DNA of 31,483 bases from an uncultured Parafilimonas sp. (GTDB lineage: Bacteria; Bacteroidota; Bacteroidia; Chitinophagales; Chitinophagaceae): positions 1 to 31,483 of the forward strand of contig CAZRDD010000002.1 of assembly GCA_964598675.1 (NCBI GenBank), given 5' to 3'. Made by a program: the position numbers and the translations under genes. This document shows positions 24,536-31,483 of the stretch, in pieces; position 1 is the first letter of the stretch; every line of letters starts with the position of its first letter. Below the pieces are notes generated by a model. The model was not told the DNA's origin and did no database searches. It saw only the letters and a program-made list of their open reading frames with translations.

Positions 24536-25531
24536 ATGAAACCTGTATTTGCCACCACTTATTCAACCCTTTGCCCGGCAGCATTGGGGCATTTTATTGC
24601 GGAGCAATATGGCCTGCACAATGTTGACTGCCAGTTTTTTTTAAGAGGGGTGGGGGATACTTATATGGTAAACACCGCTGGCAACCGCTTTGTATGGCGT
24701 GTGTACAGGGCAGACCAGAGAAGCCTGCCGCAGATACAGGCAGAAGTGCAATTACTGTTAGCCCTTACAGCAGCGGGCATTGGGGATGCAGCCCCAGTGG
24801 CCGACCTGAACGGCAACGCCATACAGGCACTGGAGGCCGCTGAAGGGGTAAAACATGCGGTGCTGTTTACCTACGCCCCCGGCAAACCCGCAACACTGCT
24901 TACTGATAAACAGCTTTGCCACCTGGGTACCGAAATGGCTAAGTTTCATACGGTGTCCTCTGCTATACAATTACAGGGCGGGCGTTGGGAGATTACTTTA
25001 GAAAGCACCCTTTTTGAACCGCTGGAACGGTTGAAAAGTTATTTTGAGGATAATGCAGAAGATTATGTCTGGCTAAAACAGGCTGCTGCCTTTGTGCAGG
25101 AAAAGCTTGGACAGCTTAACACTGCGGCTTTTGCAAAAGGGTATTGCCATTTTGACTTTTTGCCAAAGAATTTTCATTTTGATGATGAGGATGCGGTAAC
25201 TTTTTTCGACTTTGATTTTGTTGGCTATGGCTGGCTGGCCAACGATGTAATGAGCTTTTGGCAACACCTGTGCTTAGATGTGCATTTTGGAAAGATGGCA
25301 CAGGCTGATGCAGACAAGGCTTTTGCCACCTTTATAGAGGCCTACCGTGCCATAAGGCCATTTACCAACGAGGAAATGGAAGCCGTTCCGTATTTAAGCC
25401 TGGGTTTCTGGCTGTTTTATATGGGCTTTCATACCACGCACGACCAGTTTTACCCCTACGTACAACCAGCCCATTTAACATTACGGGTGAATTTGGTGAG
25501 GACGCTGATGGATCGTTACTGGCACAGGTAA
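24536..25531 (+). CDS. APH/homoserine kinase type II-like phosphotransferase
   Basis: Brenner motif HFDFLPKN and metal-binding FFDFD. Start moved from 24245 to ATG 24536. Confidence 0.88.
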   Translation: MKPVFATTYSTLCPAALGHFIAEQYGLHNVDCQFFLRGVGDTYMVNTAGNRFVWRVYRADQRSLPQIQAEVQLLLALTAAGIGDAAPVADLNGNAIQALEAAEGVKHAVLFTYAPGKPATLLTDKQLCHLGTEMAKFHTVSSAIQLQGGRWEITLESTLFEPLERLKSYFEDNAEDYVWLKQAAAFVQEKLGQLNTAAFAKGYCHFDFLPKNFHFDDEDAVTFFDFDFVGYGWLANDVMSFWQHLCLDVHFGKMAQADADKAFATFIEAYRAIRPFTNEEMEAVPYLSLGFWLFYMGFHTTHDQFYPYVQPAHLTLRVNLVRTLMDRYWHR

Positions 25532-25587
25532 TTTTGCAGGGCAAATACGCAATGCGCTCATCAACACCTGTTACAGTATGTTATGCG

Positions 25588-26925
25588 CTAAAACTGTAAG
25601 GTAAAAGCGGTACCTTCCCCCACAAGGGATTGTACAGTAATATTGCCCTTGTGCAGCATCATAATTTGTTTGCACAGGCTTAGGCCAATACCACTGCCGG
25701 TTTTTTTGGTACTGAAGAAGGGGATGAAGATTTTATCCAGCAATTCCTCCGACATGCCGGGGCCATTATCTGTTACGCGTATAAATGGTTTTTTGCCAAA
25801 CGGCTGCGATGCCGAAAGCATAATATGCGGGTCTTCAATTTCCTTAACGGCTTCAATAGCGTTAACCACCAGGTTTATCAATACCTGCTCCAGCAGGTTA
25901 ATATCGGCCTCAATCATCAGGTCGGGGTCTTTCAGTATCACCTCCATTTCAATATTCTTCTGCTCCAGGGTAGGCTCCATCAACTGGTGCAGGCTTTCAA
26001 ATACATCCCTCACAAAAACTCTTTTGGTATTAAGGGTGGTTATTTTATTAAGGTTGCGGTATGTTTCTGCAAATTTAAGCAGCCCTTCGCTGCGGCGCTT
26101 AATGGTGTCTATACCAACGGCGAGGTCTTCCAGTGAGGTGGCTTTGTCCTTATTGGTGGCAGACTCGCGCAGCCTGTTGCCCAGCGTGTCGGCAAGGGAG
26201 GATATAGGGGCTACGGAGTTCATAATCTCGTGCGTCATCACACTCAGCAGCTTTTGCCATGCGCGGGATTCTGTTTCGTCCAGCGCCTCGTTCACGTTTT
26301 GAAAAGCAATCAGTTTGTACACACGGCCTTCGGTTTGAAAGGCTGTGGCAGAAAGCAGCACTTTAATAGAATTTTGATCGGGGTGCGCCGTGCCAATAAT
26401 GTTATCGCCCGGTTTAAGGTCTACTATTTGCGAGCATAGTAAATGGTCGCGCCTGTCGAGCGATTGTATCGTTTTTAAATAGGGTATCTGCAACAGTTTC
26501 TTCAGCGATTCGTTCATCCACACCACTTCGCCGCTTTCAAGCTCGTAGGAGAGTATGCCGGTATCTACCAGTTCAAGTATTTTTTGCAGGTACTGGTATT
26601 GGGTTTCTTTTTCCTTACTTATTACTTTAAAAGTGGTGTTGATGTCGTTAAAGCCTTTGCGCAGCCGTTGCAGGTCCTGCGGGGCATGCTTTACATCAAA
26701 GTTGCGCGAGAAATCGCGGTAGTGTATGCTCTCCACAAACTGCTCAACATCCTGCTGCGCCTTTTTGTGAAATTTAAAAAAATCAAGTACCTGGTAGATA
26801 ATTACCGGTACAATAATCACCTCGTAATGGTACAAATTATTTACCAGCAAATAGGCCGCTGCCGATATTGTAATAAACATCATAAGCACTTTAAAGCTTA
26901 TATTCCACTGGTATCGTTTAAACAT
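25588..26925 (-). CDS. Sensor histidine kinase (NtrY-like)
   Basis: Two N-terminal TM helices; H-box THEIMNS, N-box INLVVNAIEA, DNGPG, FIPFF and GSGIGL. Confidence 0.95.
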   Translation of the reverse strand: MFKRYQWNISFKVLMMFITISAAAYLLVNNLYHYEVIIVPVIIYQVLDFFKFHKKAQQDVEQFVESIHYRDFSRNFDVKHAPQDLQRLRKGFNDINTTFKVISKEKETQYQYLQKILELVDTGILSYELESGEVVWMNESLKKLLQIPYLKTIQSLDRRDHLLCSQIVDLKPGDNIIGTAHPDQNSIKVLLSATAFQTEGRVYKLIAFQNVNEALDETESRAWQKLLSVMTHEIMNSVAPISSLADTLGNRLRESATNKDKATSLEDLAVGIDTIKRRSEGLLKFAETYRNLNKITTLNTKRVFVRDVFESLHQLMEPTLEQKNIEMEVILKDPDLMIEADINLLEQVLINLVVNAIEAVKEIEDPHIMLSASQPFGKKPFIRVTDNGPGMSEELLDKIFIPFFSTKKTGSGIGLSLCKQIMMLHKGNITVQSLVGEGTAFTLQF

Positions 26926-27040
26926 AATAAACCTGCTTTTCCGCGCCGCAACTGCGGATGTTAAAATTTTTGTTCACAAATTTTCCTTGCTAAAAATAAG
27001 CACCGTTTTGCCGCTGGCAATGCCCTTGCCACTGGCAGTA

Positions 27041-28399
27041 TTATATTTCGTATTTGCTTAGCCGCCTGTACAGGGCAGTACGGGTAAGGCCCAGCTCCTT
27101 GGCTGCTTTGGTAATGTTGCCGTTATACTTTTCAATTACATGTAAAATGGTGTTTTTTTCAATGGTGCTAAGCTTCATATCATCATCTTCGGCAACATTG
27201 GCCGGGGCCGACTCAATGGGCGAAAATATAAGGTCGCGGCCCAGCAGCACATCACCCTCGCTCATAATAATGGCGCGCTCAATGGTGTACTGCAACTCGC
27301 GCACATTACCGGGGTAATGGTACTGCAACAGTTTTTCCTGGGCGTTTTCATCAAAGCGCATGGCTGGTTTTAAATATTTATCAGCATACACTTTTGCAAA
27401 ATGTTTGGCCAGTAACATAACATCGGTGCCGCGCCTGCGCAGTGGCGGCACGGTAATTTCAACAGTGTTAATACGGTAAATAAGGTCTTTTCTAAACCGG
27501 TTTTCGTTGGCCAGTTGGGCCAGCGGCAGGGTGGTGGCCCACATAAGGCGTATCTTAATAGGCATGGGGGTGTTGGAGCCCAGCCGCGTAACCTGCCTGT
27601 TTTGCAGTACCGTTAAAAGTTTGGCCTGCTGCGTAAGGCTTATGTTGCCAATTTCATCTAAAAACAGCGTACCCTCGTTGGCACTTTCAAAACGGCCCAC
27701 CCTGTCGTCTTTGGCATCGGTAAAAGCGCCTTTTTTATGGCCGAACAGCTCACTCTCAAAAAGCGTTTCGGTTAAGGCACCCACATCCACCTTTACAAAA
27801 GGCTTATTGGCGCGCAGCGATTTTTGATGAATGGCTTTGGCAATAAGGTCTTTACCGGTACCGTTCTCCCCCAGTATTAAAATATTGGCATCGGTAGGGG
27901 CTATTTTTTGGGTTTTGTAAAATATATCATGCATTACATCGCTCTCGCCCAGCAGTTCTTTGCCAATCACACTGTCGCCCGCAAAGCTGTCCTCTGCTTT
28001 GCCTTTGCCGCCTGCTTTTTTGCGCAGGGCATCCTCAATGGTTATAATCAGTTTCTCGTTGTGCCAAGGCTTCACCACAAAGTCCGACGCACCTTCTTTT
28101 AAGGAGCGCACTGCCAGGTCAATATCGCCATACGCCGTTATCATAATCACGGCTATATCGGGTTTTAGCTCCTTTATGCGTTTAAGCCAGTATATACCCT
28201 CGTTACCGGTGTTGATGGAAGATTTAAAGTTCATATCCAGCAGCACAAGGTCAAAATTCTTAGGCATCAGCGAGGGGATATTGTCCGGGTTTTTTTCGGT
28301 AACAATTTCCTTTACTTCTGTTTTCAGCAGCAGGCGTACGGCTGTAAGCACATCTGTATCATCGTCAATGGCAAGTATGCTGTATTTTTTCAGGTTCAT
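27041..28399 (-). CDS. Sigma54-dependent response regulator (NtrC family enhancer-binding protein)
   Basis: Receiver (IDDD, LLDMN, KPW), Walker A GENGTGKD, ESELFG..KGAFTDA, Walker B LFLDEI, and a Fis-type HTH. Confidence 0.96.
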   Translation of the reverse strand: MNLKKYSILAIDDDTDVLTAVRLLLKTEVKEIVTEKNPDNIPSLMPKNFDLVLLDMNFKSSINTGNEGIYWLKRIKELKPDIAVIMITAYGDIDLAVRSLKEGASDFVVKPWHNEKLIITIEDALRKKAGGKGKAEDSFAGDSVIGKELLGESDVMHDIFYKTQKIAPTDANILILGENGTGKDLIAKAIHQKSLRANKPFVKVDVGALTETLFESELFGHKKGAFTDAKDDRVGRFESANEGTLFLDEIGNISLTQQAKLLTVLQNRQVTRLGSNTPMPIKIRLMWATTLPLAQLANENRFRKDLIYRINTVEITVPPLRRRGTDVMLLAKHFAKVYADKYLKPAMRFDENAQEKLLQYHYPGNVRELQYTIERAIIMSEGDVLLGRDLIFSPIESAPANVAEDDDMKLSTIEKNTILHVIEKYNGNITKAAKELGLTRTALYRRLSKYEI

Positions 28400-28429
28400 A
28401 TATATACATTCAGGATAACAACTGTAATA

Positions 28430-28444
28430 GCTATAAATATACCA
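28430..28444 (-). promoter_or_regulatory. Candidate sigma54 -24/-12 promoter of the regulator
   Basis: TGGTATATTTATAGC fits GG-N10-GC, 30 nt upstream of the ATG and 52 bp from the enhancer boxes. Confidence 0.55.
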
Positions 28445-28496
28445 ATACTGAAAGATATGATTTTTAATGTATTACACATATAATTACCCGGTATTG

Positions 28497-28536
28497 GTGT
28501 ATCAGTTCCGTACACTTGTGTAATAAAAGCGTACAT
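28497..28536. promoter_or_regulatory. Tandem enhancer (UAS) boxes
   Basis: GTGTATCAGTTCCGTACAC (28497) and GTGTAATAAAAGCGTACAT (28518), 21-bp period. Confidence 0.7.
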
Positions 28537-28668
28537 GGCGCGGGGTAAAATGTATACCCTTATTGCCAAACCGGTGGTAAATTAAGGGTGTTTTACCAGT
28601 AAGTACCGTTAAATAATACCAGTAAGTTGTATGCCCCTGTATAACCCACAAAACTAACGGCGGGGCAT

Positions 28669-31083
28669 CTACTCGCTTCTTAAACTTTTTATGGGGTTGG
28701 CAACCGCTACCTTGTAGCATTGTATGGCAATTAAAATAAATGCGGCCATAAAAATAAAGCCACATACAAACAGGTACGGTACAACATTCTGCTGCATGCG
28801 GTAGGCGTAATTTTGCAGCCAGCTATTGGTGGCAAGGTAAGCCAAAGGCCAGGCGATGATATTGGCAAAAAGAATAAGCACCGCATATTCCTGTAAAATA
28901 ATGCTGATGATATTTTTTACCCCTGCGCCAAGCACTTTGCGCCTAGCAATTTCTTTGGTGCGTTTGGTTAGTGTAAAAGCCACTACCCCAAATACGCCCA
29001 TAAAAACAATAACCAGGTTAAGCACCGTGGCAATATCAGCAGCTTTTTTTAGTTGCAGCTCCTGCTGGTACAGCAATTGAAATTTATCATCCATAAAAAA
29101 GTATTCAAAACCAGCATCCGCAAATTGGCTCTTCCAGGCATCCTGTATAGCCACCAGTGTACCAGACGGGTTACCTGCATTTATTTTTACAGAGTAATAC
29201 CGGTATGCCCGCGTATAGGGTTCGTTAACATTGGCAATCATTAACGGCTGCACATTTTTCTGCATAGATTCAAGGTTGAAATCTTTTATAACACCGGCAA
29301 CCGTTACCGGGGTGCCTCCAATACCGCCCAGCAACAATTGTTTACCAACAACCGGCTGGTTTAACTTTAATGTGTTTACCGCCGTTTGGTTTAACACCAC
29401 CTGGCCTGGCAAATAACTGCCCCCTTTATGTTGTAAAAATATGCCGCTGGTAACTGTAAGGCCGTATACTTTGGCATAATCTTCATCAGCAGTTATCATC
29501 ATTATATTACTTGCCTGTGCATTGTTGCCGGCAGATACGCTGGTAAAACCGCCGCTGTTGCCATCGGGTATTTCGTAACTTAATGCAGCCTCTTTTACAC
29601 CCGGTATTTCAAGTAGCCTTTTTTTGGCGGCTTCCATTTTTATTACCCCTGCCGAATCCCACTGGCGGGGCAAAGAAGAAATGATAACGACCTGCTCTTT
29701 ATTGTACCCCACATCTTTACTAAAAAAATAGCTCACCTGCCTGCTTACATTCAGGGCACAAATAAACACCAGTATGGCCAATGTAAACTGCACCACCAGC
29801 AGTGTTTTACGCAACATGTACCCACCCCTGGCTGAGTTTATTTTGCCCTTTACCGCATTAATAGTATTTGCAGCGCTTAATACAAAAGCAGGGTATGTAC
29901 CCGATAGAAGGCCCACACCAATAGTAAGCAACAGGATAAACAATAATTTGGCCGTATTAAACTGCCAAAAATGGCTGAGCGTGGTTTGTAATACCTGGTT
30001 AAACAACGGCCGCAACCCCTCGTACAGGCCAACGGAAATTAACGCAGCCCCCAAAGTAAGCACAAGGGCTTCTGTAATAAACTGCACCACCAGTTGTTTT
30101 TTTGCGCCACCAAACACTTTACGCAAACCAATTTCTTTTAGCCGGTTGGCACTGGTGCCTATATTGATGTTTACAAAGTTTATAATGGCCAGTAGTAAAA
30201 TAAATGCTGCAATAAGCGACAGCGTGGTTAACATTTTTTGCACGGCATTATCGTTCTGCCGCAAATAGTAATCGGCCATAGGCGCTAACGCCACCTTTAG
30301 GTTGCCTTTTACAAATGGGGGCTGATACTTATTAAGCACACGGGCAAAAGGTGTTGCCATATCGTTTGGCGTTACACCTGGCTTTAGCGTTAGCATGCTG
30401 CCCATATAAACATTGGCCCAGTTATCGCCTTTATCGCCCCCCTGAAAATATTGATTGGCATCCATGGGCAGGTACACATCGTACGCAATGCCTGTAAAAT
30501 TTATAACGGTGTTAACTGGTGCATTTTTTAGTACAGCCGTAATTACAAAATTATGCTTACCCCCATCGGAAGGGGTTTGTACCGTTATTATTTTTTCAAC
30601 CACGTCGGTTTTGCCAAAAAATTTACGGGCAAAATTCTCTGTTACCACTGCTGACTGATTATTGCGAAATGCCTGTTGTGCATTGCCATGCAGCAGCGGG
30701 AAGCCAAACATAGTTACCAGCGTGGTATCGCCCACTGAAATTTGTGTGCGGAAATGCTTTTCGCCCGCCGATACAATATTCACCACGGGGTCGAAGCGGT
30801 AATAATTTTCCACCAGGCTGGGGTATTCATCCCGCATGGTTTTGGCCAGCGGCCCCAGCGTGGTAATATCAGCACCCATATTCTCGCTCTTCCACTTGCT
30901 TTTTACCACATATTGGTTACTTATGTTTTTAATATCCCGGTTAATGCTTTGTTCATCAAGCACAAAAACGCCTATCAATATGCTAAACGTAAGCCCTGCT
31001 GCCAGGCAAAGAATATTAATGGCGGTAAACAATTTGTGTTTGGCTAAGTGCCTGATGGCAATAACAAGGTAATTTTTTAACAT
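28669..31083 (-). CDS. Duplicated MacB/FtsX-type ABC transporter permease
   Basis: MLKNYL.IA.RHL start; two periplasmic plus FtsX repeats with R.KEIG.RK.FG and RTKEIA.RKVLGA; ends with ANPIKSLRSE. Confidence 0.95.
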   Translation of the reverse strand: MLKNYLVIAIRHLAKHKLFTAINILCLAAGLTFSILIGVFVLDEQSINRDIKNISNQYVVKSKWKSENMGADITTLGPLAKTMRDEYPSLVENYYRFDPVVNIVSAGEKHFRTQISVGDTTLVTMFGFPLLHGNAQQAFRNNQSAVVTENFARKFFGKTDVVEKIITVQTPSDGGKHNFVITAVLKNAPVNTVINFTGIAYDVYLPMDANQYFQGGDKGDNWANVYMGSMLTLKPGVTPNDMATPFARVLNKYQPPFVKGNLKVALAPMADYYLRQNDNAVQKMLTTLSLIAAFILLLAIINFVNINIGTSANRLKEIGLRKVFGGAKKQLVVQFITEALVLTLGAALISVGLYEGLRPLFNQVLQTTLSHFWQFNTAKLLFILLLTIGVGLLSGTYPAFVLSAANTINAVKGKINSARGGYMLRKTLLVVQFTLAILVFICALNVSRQVSYFFSKDVGYNKEQVVIISSLPRQWDSAGVIKMEAAKKRLLEIPGVKEAALSYEIPDGNSGGFTSVSAGNNAQASNIMMITADEDYAKVYGLTVTSGIFLQHKGGSYLPGQVVLNQTAVNTLKLNQPVVGKQLLLGGIGGTPVTVAGVIKDFNLESMQKNVQPLMIANVNEPYTRAYRYYSVKINAGNPSGTLVAIQDAWKSQFADAGFEYFFMDDKFQLLYQQELQLKKAADIATVLNLVIVFMGVFGVVAFTLTKRTKEIARRKVLGAGVKNIISIILQEYAVLILFANIIAWPLAYLATNSWLQNYAYRMQQNVVPYLFVCGFIFMAAFILIAIQCYKVAVANPIKSLRSE

Positions 31084-31150
31084 GGGAGTGTGTTATTTAT
31101 GGTGTTGGCGGCAACGCATGGTTTGTATTTACACGAAACTAAATTAAAAT

Positions 31151-31165
31151 TACGAAAATTTCGTA
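31151..31165. promoter_or_regulatory. Perfect 7-1-7 palindrome upstream of the permease, candidate repressor site
   Basis: TACGAAA-A-TTTCGTA. Confidence 0.5.
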
Positions 31166-31206
31166 GATTATTAACTGGTTCAAAATTTATGCAGAAAACT
31201 GCATAC

Positions 31207-31267
31207 CTGTTTTAGGGCGATACACCCTGTTACAATAGCGGACACAAAGTGTATCAAAACCGTACAC
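31207..31267. promoter_or_regulatory. Three tandem enhancer (UAS)-like boxes
   Basis: CTGTTTTAGGGCGATACAC (31207), CTGTTACAATAGCGGACAC (31227) and GTGTATCAAAACCGTACAC (31249); the last is 16/19 identical to the 28497 box. Confidence 0.7.
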
Positions 31268-31305
31268 TGCGTTTTGTGGTGATTTTGTAACGTGTTGTTT
31301 ATCAA

Positions 31306-31333
31306 TGGTATTTTTTTTGGCATCAATCTTTAA
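31306..31333 (+). promoter_or_regulatory. Candidate sigma54 promoter facing out of the window
   Basis: Overlapping TGGTATTTTTTTTGG (31306) and TGGCATCAATCTTTA (31318); both have an imperfect -12. Confidence 0.4.
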
Positions 31334-31483
31334 CTATATCTCCCCGGTTACGTTTCTCATGTGCAATTATACCTGGTGTTTCTACGCCCGGTTTTTTTAA
31401 AAACTCCGCCGCAACGGAAAAGTATTTAAAAATTACCTGCCACCTGGGAAAGTTAACCAAAGAACAAGTAAAACAGCAACGGA

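Noticed and set aside
27700-27760. GAFTDA instead of GAFTGA as evidence of a non-functional activator
   Set aside because: From recall this variant is common in Bacteroidota enhancer-binding proteins, and sigma54-like sites are present nearby; not informative without assay.
320-31072. The many ORF-track entries that overlap called genes on the opposite strand or in another frame (e.g. 320-688, 3449-3754, 4380-4871, 15614-16024, 18331-18939, 25643-26302, 29774-30268)
   Set aside because: Shadow ORFs of well-supported genes, with no recognisable motifs and mostly non-ATG starts.

Overview
Bacteroidota chromosomal window, probably Chitinophagaceae/Sphingobacteriales-like. This is inferred from repeated TAnnTTTG -7 promoter boxes, no evident Shine-Dalgarno motifs, and the gene repertoire. 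It holds about 25 plausible CDSs and one tRNA-Cys(GCA). I saw no CRISPR array, prophage, integrase or transposase. Housekeeping genes include purL, hldD/rfaD, proC, cutC, a DPP-IV peptidase, a CPA1 antiporter, a desaturase and a nitroreductase. There is also a sigma54 response regulator/histidine kinase/MacB-type permease module. The ORF track misses a 3'-truncated methyltransferase (1-565), the tRNA and a 59-aa probable antitoxin. The most interesting signals are: (1) a Doc toxin with an unannotated all-helical antitoxin, translationally coupled inside the purL-hldD-proC run; (2) an operator/promoter/hairpin/terminator unit with no protein gene between convergent genes, a candidate LacI-controlled sRNA; (3) an 86-aa protein with Sm/Hfq-like motif spacing; (4) enhancer boxes and sigma54-like sites readable directly at both ends of the permease; (5) a purple-acid-phosphatase-type gene divergent from a phosphotransferase; (6) REP/MITE-like palindromic elements. 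All functional calls come from motif recognition by eye; no database searches or folding computations were run.
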